DNA from: Alphaproteobacteria bacterium
GTDB taxonomy: Bacteria; Pseudomonadota; Alphaproteobacteria; Bin95
Length of the DNA stretch: 64,000 nt
Assembly: GCA_963665325.3 (NCBI GenBank)
Contig: CAXXWS020000002.1
Location: forward strand, 736,001 to 800,000
Reading direction: 5' to 3'
The translations under genes were made by a program, and so were the position numbers. Each line of letters starts with the position of its first letter. The first letter of the stretch is position 1. The notes beneath the pieces were generated by a model, which saw only the letters and a list, made by a program, of their open reading frames with translations, did no database searches and had not been told where the DNA came from. Of the stretch, positions 29,220 to 37,786 are shown one piece after another.

Positions 29220-30476
29220 TCAACCCGGACAGGTCATGCTCCGGCGCAAACCGTTCGGCCGGTCCGTCTTCCGTATCAGCACGATCCGGTTGGTGTTGGT
29301 GCCCTTGCGGTTGTTGGCGACGCCCCAGCAATTCGCCGTCTTGGTGAAGCTCTGCTCGTTCACCATGACGCCCTCGACCGCGAGCGGCAGGCCGCCTGCG
29401 GCCGCCACGACATGGTCTTCGAGCAGCACCGTGCCGCCCCGAACCTCGCCGACTTCGAAAGCGAGGTAGCCGCCGGGCCGGAGCGTGCGCGCGATGTCCC
29501 GGAGGCTGGTATGGACGAAGGCCCGCCACGCTTCCGGCGTCCTGTGGGCGGCAATCGGCACCGTCTCCAGGTCGATGGCGGCGAACCAGCAGCGCAGCCA
29601 GTTGTCCGTGCGGTAGTCCACCACGTCGAGGAAAGGCGGGGAGGTGACGACGAGATCGACCGAACCGTCAGGCACGAACACCGCGTTCTGCGCCGGCGCC
29701 GTGCCGAGCAGCGCCAGCGGGTGCGGCGGCGGCTTGCCCTGGGACAGGAGCGCCCGACTCTTGCGCAGGATGAGTGCGTCCACGTCGCGCAGGGGCGGCA
29801 TCTGCTTCCGCTTCGCATTGATGAGGCGCTGGCGGTCCGCCCCCACCGCCTGGTTGGGCGGCATCGTATAGACCGAGAAGAAGCCGGGGGAATGGCCGGT
29901 CAGCCGGTTGAGGCAGACCATGCGCAGCCACCCGTCCACGGGGTCGAGCGCGCCGGACCGTTCCCGTGCGGCGAACCATGCGCGCAGCGCGGCGAGGCGG
30001 GCGAGCACCGAGTCGTGGAAGAAGGCGCGCAGGTCGTCGAACAGCGGACCTTCCGGCAGGGGAGCGGACGGCGGAATCTCGGCCAGCCGCGCGGCGACCT
30101 CCTCGAGCGGGGGCGGCGCGAGGCGCGGAGCGAGCAGCATGGCGGAGAGCGGATTGATGTCGGAGCCGACCGGCCGGCGGCCCATCAGCGCGGCCTGCAA
30201 CGGCGTCGTGCCGCGTCCCATGAAGGGGTCGTAAACCGCGTCGCCCGGCCGGGTCAGCCGCTCGATGAAGAAGGCCGGAAGCTGCGGCTTGAAGCAGGCC
30301 CGGTAGCTGACCTCATGCAACCGGCTCGCCTTCCGCTGGCCCGAGGTCCAGAACTCGTTGGTGAAACAGGGGATGCCGCTTCGCTCGTCGATGCGGGTGG
30401 TGCGTCCCCGATAGCTGAATGCGGCGAGGAGGTCGGGGAACGCCTGAGGCGGGTCCGGCGGCAAGGCCGGGACCAT
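29220..30476 (-). CDS. Orphan amino (N4-C/N6-A) DNA methyltransferase
   Basis: YDPFMGRGTT SAM-binding motif I precedes VTSPPF motif IV; start uncertain. Confidence 0.85.
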   Translation of the reverse strand: MVPALPPDPPQAFPDLLAAFSYRGRTTRIDERSGIPCFTNEFWTSGQRKASRLHEVSYRACFKPQLPAFFIERLTRPGDAVYDPFMGRGTTPLQAALMGRRPVGSDINPLSAMLLAPRLAPPPLEEVAARLAEIPPSAPLPEGPLFDDLRAFFHDSVLARLAALRAWFAARERSGALDPVDGWLRMVCLNRLTGHSPGFFSVYTMPPNQAVGADRQRLINAKRKQMPPLRDVDALILRKSRALLSQGKPPPHPLALLGTAPAQNAVFVPDGSVDLVVTSPPFLDVVDYRTDNWLRCWFAAIDLETVPIAAHRTPEAWRAFVHTSLRDIARTLRPGGYLAFEVGEVRGGTVLLEDHVVAAAGGLPLAVEGVMVNEQSFTKTANCWGVANNRKGTNTNRIVLIRKTDRPNGLRRSMTCPG

Positions 30477-30654
30477 GCCCTCATTCGTCACCCCGGACGG
30501 CGCGCCAGCGGCGATCCGGGGTCCATCTTCCACGCTTTCAGCCCGCTTCGGGAGGCAGGGCTGGGCCCCGGCTCGGGGACCGGGGCGACGCTCTATGGTG
30601 ACCGCCGCGTTCGGTTCAGGCTGATAGGACAAGGCTTAGAAAGGGCCGCTTCCG

Positions 30655-31287
30655 TCAAGTGTCCCCGGGCGCCCGCGCCAGGGCCGTGCCGATCAGGGCG
30701 TCGCGGGTGACGAGGGCGGCCAGCGCGTCTTCGTCCATGTCCTCGGTGCCTTCCGGGCGGCGGGGCAGCACGATGTAGCGAAGGTCGGCCGTGCTGTCGT
30801 GGACCCGGACCTCGACATTGGCCGGCAGTTGGGTGCCGAACTCGGCCAGCACGGCGCGCGGCTCGCGGACGACGCGGGAGCGGTAGGCCTTCTTCTTGTA
30901 CCAGGCGGGCGGCAGGCCCAGCACCATGCGCGGATAGCAGGAGCAGAGCGTGCAGACGACGACATTATGGACGCTCTCGGTGTTCTCGACGACGCGCACG
31001 GTGGGGCTGTGCTCAAGCTCGTAGCCCTCCTCCGCCAGCAGGCCGGCCGCATCCTGCATCAGCCGGGCCTTGTAGTCCGGGTCCGTCCACGCGCGGGCGA
31101 CGAGGCGGGAGCCGTTCGCCGGCGTCAGGCTGTCCATCGCCTCGATCCGGCGCTGGATGGCTTCGGCGGTGAAGACGCCTTTCTCCACCAGCAGCTCGCG
31201 AATCGCGCGCTCCAGCGGCTCGTAACCGCTCGACGGGTCGTCGGCGGCATGGGTATGGCGGTGCGCGTGAACATGGGGGTCGTTCAT
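30655..31287 (-). CDS. Co-type nitrile hydratase alpha / thiocyanate hydrolase gamma (ScnC-like) subunit
   Basis: VVCTLCSCYP metallocentre, VARAWTDP, WYKKKAYRSRVVREPR, VRVHDSTA..RYIVLP.RP; His-rich N-terminus. Confidence 0.9.
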   Translation of the reverse strand: MNDPHVHAHRHTHAADDPSSGYEPLERAIRELLVEKGVFTAEAIQRRIEAMDSLTPANGSRLVARAWTDPDYKARLMQDAAGLLAEEGYELEHSPTVRVVENTESVHNVVVCTLCSCYPRMVLGLPPAWYKKKAYRSRVVREPRAVLAEFGTQLPANVEVRVHDSTADLRYIVLPRRPEGTEDMDEDALAALVTRDALIGTALARAPGDT

Positions 31288-31571
31288 GGCTTGTCCTTCA
31301 GCGGCTGCAGCCAGTGTTCGTAAATGTCGGCCTCGAGCGTGTCCGCCGGCCCGCCGGCATACTCGCTCCAGAGATCGGCCTGCCGGAACTGGACCTGGTA
31401 TAGCGCCAGCGGCGGGTCGCCCGGCCTGAAATAGGCGAGCGCCTCCGGGTTCGGAAAGCGGCCGAGACAGGCGGTCACCACGCCTTCGCGGCCCTTCAGA
31501 TAGCCGGGCACGCGGTGATGGCCCGCATGGAAGCGGTCGTCCACCCGCACTTTCGTGCCGTTCTCGATCAC
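31284..31571 (-). CDS. NHase beta C-terminal SH3-like subunit (ScnA-like)
   Basis: VRV..GHHRVPGYLKGREG..FPNPE..LYQVQF...LW...D..EHWL; coupled to both neighbours by GTGA/ATGA overlaps. Confidence 0.85.
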   Translation of the reverse strand: MIENGTKVRVDDRFHAGHHRVPGYLKGREGVVTACLGRFPNPEALAYFRPGDPPLALYQVQFRQADLWSEYAGGPADTLEADIYEHWLQPLKDKP

Positions 31572-31852
31572 GGCGGCGGTTCTCCTTCGCTCGCGAGCCG
31601 CGCCTCGATATCGGCGCGGTCCAGAATGTTCAGCGACTCCAGTTCGCGACGCAACGCCGCCAGCCGGCGGTCGTACCAGGCGGCGCCCTCGGAGGAGTCG
31701 TCGCGCAATGCCTCCATCGTCCGGCGGTGCGCCTCGACAAGCTCCGCCTCGCCGCTGTCCGCAAGCAGGGAAAGCAAAGCCTCCACCCGCCGCTCGTAAA
31801 GCGTCGGCTGGCGCGGCATCGCCGCCGCGTCGATTTCGGCCGAACCGTGCAT
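31568..31852 (-). CDS. NHase beta N-terminal helical subunit (ScnB-like)
   Basis: YERRVEAL...HRRTMEAL....WYDRRLAAL...L....I..RL resembles the NHase beta N-terminal helices. Confidence 0.7.
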   Translation of the reverse strand: MHGSAEIDAAAMPRQPTLYERRVEALLSLLADSGEAELVEAHRRTMEALRDDSSEGAAWYDRRLAALRRELESLNILDRADIEARLASEGEPPP

Positions 31853-31935
31853 GGCGGCAATCATAGCCGCGCCTATGCGCCCGGAACAGACTGTGCAAAA
31901 CTGCGCCCGCGTGAGTTTTTCGAGGAGGAATGCCG

Positions 31936-32829
31936 ATGTCCGAGCGCCACACCACCCGCCTGAAACGCCTTGTGCAGGCGCCCGAAATCCTGGTCGCGCC
32001 GGGCGTGGTGGACGGGATCGGCGCGCGCCTTGTGGCGAAGGCCGGCTTCGACGCCATCTACATGACAGGCGCGGGGACCACGGCCAGCCGCCTCGGTATG
32101 CCGGATGTCGGCCTGCTGACGATGACCGAGATGGCCGACAATGCCGGGCGCATCGCCGACGCCTCCGGCCTGCCACTGGTCGCCGACGCCGACACGGGCT
32201 ACGGAGGGCCGGTGAATGTGCGCCGCACCGTCCAGGCCTATGAACGCGCGGGTGTGGCCGGGCTGCATATCGAAGACCAGGGCTGGCCGAAGCGCTGCGG
32301 GCACCTGGCCGGCAAGAGCGTGATCCCGAAGGCCGAAATGGTCGCCAAGATCAAGGCCGCGTGCGATGCGCGCATCGACCCCGACTTCCAGATCATCGCG
32401 CGTTGCGACGCCATTGCGGTGGAAGGCTGGGAGCCGGCTATCGAGCGCGTGGAGGCCTATGAGGAAGCGGGCGCCGACATCCTCTTCGTCGAGGCGATGA
32501 CCACGATGGAGCAGCTCGCCTTCGCGCCGAAACATTTCGGCGTGCCGTGCCTGTTCAACATGGCCGGCAGCGGCAAGACGCCGGACCTTTCGGCGGCGGA
32601 GATGGAGGCGCTCGGCTTCGGCATCGCGATCTTCCCCGGCATCACGATGTCGGCGGCCGTTCCCGCCATGACCCGCGCCCTCGACATGCTGAAGGAAACC
32701 GGCGACGTCCGCCCGATGCGCAACGAGTTCATCCCGTTCCGGGAATATTTCGACCTGATGGGCATGGCCGAGGTCCAGGCGCTGGAAGACCGCTATGCGG
32801 TCGATGAAACAACCCGCGTCGGCTATTGA
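31936..32829 (+). CDS. ICL/PEP-mutase family lyase (PrpB/2,3-dimethylmalate lyase-like)
   Basis: PDVGLL, ADADTGYG, HIEDQ..PKRCGH, IIARCDA, GADILFVEA. Confidence 0.9.
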   Translation: MSERHTTRLKRLVQAPEILVAPGVVDGIGARLVAKAGFDAIYMTGAGTTASRLGMPDVGLLTMTEMADNAGRIADASGLPLVADADTGYGGPVNVRRTVQAYERAGVAGLHIEDQGWPKRCGHLAGKSVIPKAEMVAKIKAACDARIDPDFQIIARCDAIAVEGWEPAIERVEAYEEAGADILFVEAMTTMEQLAFAPKHFGVPCLFNMAGSGKTPDLSAAEMEALGFGIAIFPGITMSAAVPAMTRALDMLKETGDVRPMRNEFIPFREYFDLMGMAEVQALEDRYAVDETTRVGY

Positions 32830-32841
32830 GGACGCGCGCCC

Positions 32842-34236
32842 ATGCCAGCCACGATGTTCGACAAGATCTGGGATGCGCACACGATCCTGGAGCGTGAGGG
32901 CAACACCCTCCTGCATGTCGCTTTCCACCTCTGCCATGACGGCTCGGCGGGAGGCTTCGCGAAGCTGAAGGAGCGCGGCATCGAGGTGCGCCGCCCGGAC
33001 CGCATGGCCGGCACGCCGGACCATTATGTGCCGACCACCAGCCGGCGCATCGAGGACCTCGCGACCGAGGACATGAAGCGCATCTTCCGCGCCTTCGGCG
33101 AGAACTTCTCCGCCAACGGGATCACGCATTTCCCGGTGGAGGATGCGCGCCAGGGCATCATCCATGTCGTGGGCCCCGAGCAGGGCTTCACGCAGCCGGG
33201 GCTGGTGATCGTCTGCGGCGACAGCCACACCTCGACGCATGGCGCGGTCGGGGCCATCGCCTTCGGCATCGGCTCGTCCGAGGTCGCCCATGTGATGGCG
33301 ACGCAGGCGCTCTGGCAGAAGCGGCCGAAGACGATGCGCGTCAACATCAACGGCGAGCGTCCCTTCGGCGTGACGGGCAAGGACGCGATCCTGGCCGTCA
33401 TCGCCCATATCGGAGCGGTCGGCGGCACGGGCTATGCCGTCGAATATGCGGGCTCGCTCATCCGCGCCTTCTCGATGGAGGAGCGGCTGACGGTCTGCAA
33501 CATGTCGATCGAGGCGGGCGCGCGCTGCGGCATGATCGCGCCCGACGAGAAGACCTTCGACTATCTGAAGGGCCGGCCGTTCGCGCCCGCCGGCGCCGAA
33601 TGGGACAAGGCCGTGGCCCACTGGCGCAGCCTGCCTTCCGACCCCGGTGCGGCGTTCGACCGCGAGGAGGCGCTGGACGGGGCCGCGCTTGCGCCGATGG
33701 TGACCTGGGGCACGAGCCCGGAGAACGCCGTCGCGGTGACGGGACAGGTGCCGGACCCGGTGGACGAGGCGGATGACGAGCGCCGCGCCGCGCTTGAGGG
33801 CGCCATCGACTATATGGGGCTCAGCGCCGGCCAGGCGATTACCGACATCGAAGTGGACCGGGTGTTCATCGGGTCGTGCACCAACAGCCGCATCGAGGAT
33901 CTGCGCGCCGCCGCGAAGGTTGTCGAGGGGCGCAAGGTCAGGGTCGGGCACGCCTTCGTGTCGCCCGGCTCCGGCCTCATCAAGAAGCAGGCCGAGGAAG
34001 AGGGCCTCGACCGCATCTTCACCGAGGCGGGCTTCGAGTGGCGGGAAAGCGCGTGTTCGATGTGCGTCGGCATGAACGGCGACATTGCGCGCCCCGGCGA
34101 GCGGACCGCGTCCACCTCCAACCGCAACTTCCGCGGCCGGCAGGGGCCGGGCGTGCGCACGCATCTGGTGAGCCCGGCAATGGCGGCCGCTGCCGCTGTC
34201 AGTGGGCGGTTCGCCGATGTGCGCGAATTCGGCTGA
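32842..34236 (+). CDS. leuC: Isopropylmalate-dehydratase-like large subunit (probably a catabolic paralog)
   Basis: CGDSHTSTHGA, IGSCTNSRIEDL, CSMCVGMN, STSNRNF.GRQG; HLCHDGS replaces canonical HLVHEVTS. Confidence 0.85.
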   Translation: MPATMFDKIWDAHTILEREGNTLLHVAFHLCHDGSAGGFAKLKERGIEVRRPDRMAGTPDHYVPTTSRRIEDLATEDMKRIFRAFGENFSANGITHFPVEDARQGIIHVVGPEQGFTQPGLVIVCGDSHTSTHGAVGAIAFGIGSSEVAHVMATQALWQKRPKTMRVNINGERPFGVTGKDAILAVIAHIGAVGGTGYAVEYAGSLIRAFSMEERLTVCNMSIEAGARCGMIAPDEKTFDYLKGRPFAPAGAEWDKAVAHWRSLPSDPGAAFDREEALDGAALAPMVTWGTSPENAVAVTGQVPDPVDEADDERRAALEGAIDYMGLSAGQAITDIEVDRVFIGSCTNSRIEDLRAAAKVVEGRKVRVGHAFVSPGSGLIKKQAEEEGLDRIFTEAGFEWRESACSMCVGMNGDIARPGERTASTSNRNFRGRQGPGVRTHLVSPAMAAAAAVSGRFADVREFG

Positions 34237-34252
34237 GCGGAGGGAGAGGCAG

Positions 34253-34882
34253 ATGGAACCCTTCAAGACCTTCTCCGCCGTCGGCGTGCCGCTCGACATG
34301 CTCAATGTCGATACCGACCAGGTGATCCCGGCGCGCTTCCTCAGCCGCCCGCTGGATGAGCGCTACGGCAGCTACCTCTTCCACGACCTGCGCTTCGATG
34401 CGGACGGCGCGGAAAGGCCGGACTTCGTGCTGAACCGGGCGGGCTTCCGGGATGCCGAAGTGCTGGTCGCCGACAGGAATTTCGGCTGCGGCTCCTCGCG
34501 CGAAAACGCGGTGACGGCGCTGGTGGAGGCGGGCTTCCGCACGGTGATTGCGCCGTCCTTCGGCGACATCTTCTACAGCAACTCGCTGAAGAACGGTTTC
34601 CTGCCGGTGCGGCTGCCTGACGAGACCTGCCGACGGCTGCGCGAGATGCTGCACGAAGGGCCGGGCGGTGAGATCACCGTCGATCTGGACAGTCAGACTG
34701 TCACCGCGCCAGACCAGTCCACCTACAGCTTCGAGATCGATCCGTTCCAGAAGAACAAGGTCATGCAGGGCCTCGACGACATCGACTTCACCATGCAGTT
34801 CCTCGGCGAAATCGAAGCCTTCGAGCAGGACTACGACACCCGCATGACCTGGGTCACGACCCGGCCGGTCCAGGGGGTCTGA
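34253..34882 (+). CDS. leuD: Isopropylmalate-dehydratase-like small subunit
   Basis: NVDTDQVIPARFL, NFGCGSSRENA, APSFGDIFYSN..KNG, GLDDI. Confidence 0.85.
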   Translation: MEPFKTFSAVGVPLDMLNVDTDQVIPARFLSRPLDERYGSYLFHDLRFDADGAERPDFVLNRAGFRDAEVLVADRNFGCGSSRENAVTALVEAGFRTVIAPSFGDIFYSNSLKNGFLPVRLPDETCRRLREMLHEGPGGEITVDLDSQTVTAPDQSTYSFEIDPFQKNKVMQGLDDIDFTMQFLGEIEAFEQDYDTRMTWVTTRPVQGV

Positions 34883-34934
34883 CGGCGGGAACATCGCGAA
34901 TGAGGTTGCGCACACGGCTTTATACGCAAGAAAG

Positions 34935-34998
34935 TTTGCGTCTATGTTGATATTTGCGCATAGTCGGTTTATTTTGCGCGTAAGGTACTGCGCGCAAA
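34935..34998. promoter_or_regulatory. AT-rich promoter region with TTTGCG repeats and an inverted repeat upstream of the Fic gene
   Basis: TTTGCG at 34935, 34953 and 34973; TTTGCGCG-N10-CGCGCAAA at 34973-34998. Confidence 0.45.
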
Positions 34999-35011
34999 CT
35001 GGAGCGGCAAG

Positions 35012-36415
35012 GTGCAAAGGCGCACTCGGGAAGAGAATCTACAAGCGATAGAGCAGGCCATACAGAGCCGTTCCGAAGGCGTGACCATGCAGGAAATCGC
35101 GGGAGCGCTGGAAACCGCGCCGCCGCGCCGGACCCTGCAATACCGCCTCAAGACGCTCGTCGACAGCGGACGCCTCGTCATGGAGGGCTCGGGCCGGTGG
35201 GCGCGCTACCGTGTGCCCCAGAAATTCAGCGTGAATGCACAACCTTCATCATTCGTTTTCTCTACCGGCTCCGTTCAAGTAGAGGTATTGCCGCCGCTTT
35301 CGGACGCCGGTGCAGAGATACGGAAATATGTCCGCCAGCCCATAGGCGCGCGTCAGCCGGTCGGTTACGACTTGGACTTCCTGTTCTCATACCGGCCCAA
35401 TGAGAGCTTCTACCTCTCGCAGGACGAGCGGGCGCAGCTTCGGGACGTCGGCCGGGCGGGCATCGCGGAACAGCCTGCCGGCACCTATGCCAAGCAGATA
35501 CTGAACCGGCTGCTGATCGACCTTTCGTGGAACTCGAGCCGCCTCGAGGGCAACACCTATTCGCTGCTCGATACCCTGCGCCTGATCGAGGCCGGCGAGG
35601 CGGCGGAGGGGAAAGACCGGCGCGATGCGCAGATGATCCTCAACCACAAGAGCGCCATCGAGTTTCTCGTCGATGCGGCGGAGGACACAGGCTTCGACCG
35701 TTACACGATTCTCAACCTGCATGCAGCGCTGGCGGAGAATCTGCTGCCAGACCCGGATGCGCCCGGCCGTCTGCGGCGGTTCGGCGTGGGCATCCACGGC
35801 TCGGTCTTCCATCCGCTGGAAGCGCCGCAGCTTGTCGAAGAGTGTTTCGACCGGATTCTCGCGACCGCAGCTGCTATCGAGAACCCGTTCGAGCGGGCCT
35901 TCTTCGCGATGGTGCAGATTCCTTGCTTGCAGCCCTTCGACGATGTGAACAAGCGGGTGTCCCGCCTCGCCGCGAACATCCCACTCATCGGGGCGAACCT
36001 GGCGCCCCTGTCCTTCGAAGACGTGCCGCGGGATCTCTACACGGAAGCTGTCCTGGGGGTTTACGAACTGAGGCGCGTCGAACTGTTGCGCGATGTGTTC
36101 CTGTGGGCCTACAGCCGCTCCGCCGCCCGCTATGGAGCGGTGCGGCAGTCGCTCGGCGAGCCGGATCCGTTCCGGCTGCGGCACCGGGCGGCGCTGCACG
36201 AAGTCGTCGGCGCCGTTATCCGCGGCCGTATGGACAAGGCGCAGGCCAACGCTCATGTCGAGGGCTGGACCGCCCGGCATATCGACGAGCCGGAACGCGG
36301 ACGCTTCTGCGAGATCGCCGAGCGTGAACTCCTCGGCCTGCATGAGGGCAATTTCGCGCGCTACCGGGTCAGGCCGTCCGAGTTCTCGGCCTGGCAAGGG
36401 GCTTGGCGCGGATAA
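35012..36415 (+). CDS. Fic family protein with N-terminal wHTH and non-canonical Fic motif
   Basis: N-terminal HTH (RRTLQYRLKTLV..G.GRWARY), inhibitory SSRLEGN, motif QPFDDVNKRVSR. Confidence 0.85.
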   Translation: MQRRTREENLQAIEQAIQSRSEGVTMQEIAGALETAPPRRTLQYRLKTLVDSGRLVMEGSGRWARYRVPQKFSVNAQPSSFVFSTGSVQVEVLPPLSDAGAEIRKYVRQPIGARQPVGYDLDFLFSYRPNESFYLSQDERAQLRDVGRAGIAEQPAGTYAKQILNRLLIDLSWNSSRLEGNTYSLLDTLRLIEAGEAAEGKDRRDAQMILNHKSAIEFLVDAAEDTGFDRYTILNLHAALAENLLPDPDAPGRLRRFGVGIHGSVFHPLEAPQLVEECFDRILATAAAIENPFERAFFAMVQIPCLQPFDDVNKRVSRLAANIPLIGANLAPLSFEDVPRDLYTEAVLGVYELRRVELLRDVFLWAYSRSAARYGAVRQSLGEPDPFRLRHRAALHEVVGAVIRGRMDKAQANAHVEGWTARHIDEPERGRFCEIAERELLGLHEGNFARYRVRPSEFSAWQGAWRG

Positions 36416-36419
36416 GGGA

Positions 36420-37631
36420 TTAACCCCGCCGCCGTTCCGTCAACGCGACGCCGGTTTCGATGAGGCTCTCGACTTCGGTTGCCGTATAGCCGGTTTCGAC
36501 CAGTACCTCGCGGGTGGCGTTGCCGAAGCGCGGCGGTGCGGTGCGCACGGTGCCCGGCGTGCGGGAGAGCTTGGCGGCGATACCGGGCGCTTCCCACTCG
36601 TCGCCCTTAACCGAAGCGCGCATGCCACGGTGCAGCGTGTGCGGATGGGTGAACACCTCGGGGATCGCGTTGACGGGGCCTGCCGGCACGCCCTGCCGGA
36701 GCAGTGTGTCGCAGAGCGCGTCGCACTCGAAATCCGCGAGCTTTGCCTCCAGCAGCGGTTTCAGTTCGGCGCGGTTGCGCGAGCGGGCGGCGTTGTCGGC
36801 GAATCGCGCGTCCTCCGCGAGGTCGCTTGCGCCGATGGCGTTGCAGAAGCGCGCCCACTGGCCGTTGTTTCCGATGGCGAGGAAGGCCTGCTTGTCCTGT
36901 GTGCGGAAGGCGTCATAGGGGTAGATGTTGGGGTGGGCATTGCCGGTGATCGCCGGCGCCTTGCCCGACATGAGCCAGTTGGGGGCCTGCGGGTGCAGCA
37001 GGGCGACCGCACAGTCGTAGAGCGTGAGGTCGAGGAACTGGCCGCGGCCGGAGCGCTCGCGCTCCAGCAGCGCCATCAAAATGGCAATGACTGCGTTGAG
37101 GCCGGTGCCCATATCCACCATCGGCGTGCCGACCCGGACGGGACCGCTCTCGGGCGAGCCGTTGACGCTCATCATGCCGGACATCGCCTGGATCACGGCG
37201 TCGTAGCCGGGGAAGCCGCCGAGCGGCCCGTCGGCGCCGAAGCCGGTGATGCGGCAATGCACAAGGCGGGGAAAGCGTTGGCTCAGCACGTCGTCGTAAC
37301 CGAGGCCCCATTTCTCCAGCGTGCCGGGCTTGAAGTTCTCGGCGATGACATCCGCGCCTTCCAGCAGGCGCATCAGCACCGCCTTGCCGTCATCCTTCGA
37401 GAGGTCGAGGCCGATGGACCGCTTGTTCCGGTTGACGCCCTGAAAATAGGCAGCCTCGCCGTCGGCGCGGAAGGGCGGCCCCCAGTCCCGCGTCTCGTCG
37501 CCCTGCGGCGGCTCGACCTTGACGACCTCGGCGCCGTGGTCGGCGAGGATCATGGTGCAATAGGGGCCGCCGAGCACCCGCGTGCAGTCGATCACACGGT
37601 AGCCGGCGAGCGCACCTCCAGAATGCGGCAT
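36420..37631 (-). CDS. CaiB/BaiF family III CoA-transferase
   Basis: LAGYRVID..GP..T..LADHGAEVVKVEPP.GD, NRNKRS, ENFKPG, GYD..IQA.SG. Confidence 0.92.
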   Translation of the reverse strand: MPHSGGALAGYRVIDCTRVLGGPYCTMILADHGAEVVKVEPPQGDETRDWGPPFRADGEAAYFQGVNRNKRSIGLDLSKDDGKAVLMRLLEGADVIAENFKPGTLEKWGLGYDDVLSQRFPRLVHCRITGFGADGPLGGFPGYDAVIQAMSGMMSVNGSPESGPVRVGTPMVDMGTGLNAVIAILMALLERERSGRGQFLDLTLYDCAVALLHPQAPNWLMSGKAPAITGNAHPNIYPYDAFRTQDKQAFLAIGNNGQWARFCNAIGASDLAEDARFADNAARSRNRAELKPLLEAKLADFECDALCDTLLRQGVPAGPVNAIPEVFTHPHTLHRGMRASVKGDEWEAPGIAAKLSRTPGTVRTAPPRFGNATREVLVETGYTATEVESLIETGVALTERRRG

Positions 37632-37786
37632 GGGAGCGGGACTCCTCAAGAAACGGAGGGGAAGGCCGGGAACCTAGCGGGTGCAGCGGCTGCGCGAAAG
37701 CGGCGGACCCCGAAGTGTGCCTTGATGCTGTTTGGCTCGTCCGCTAGCTACAGGACGCCGGATGGCGGCGAAGCGGGGAGAAGACG

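Noticed and set aside
22623-30476. HNH nuclease plus methyltransferase as a restriction-modification pair
   Set aside because: 6 kb apart with unrelated genes between; the HNH looks like the conserved stand-alone type
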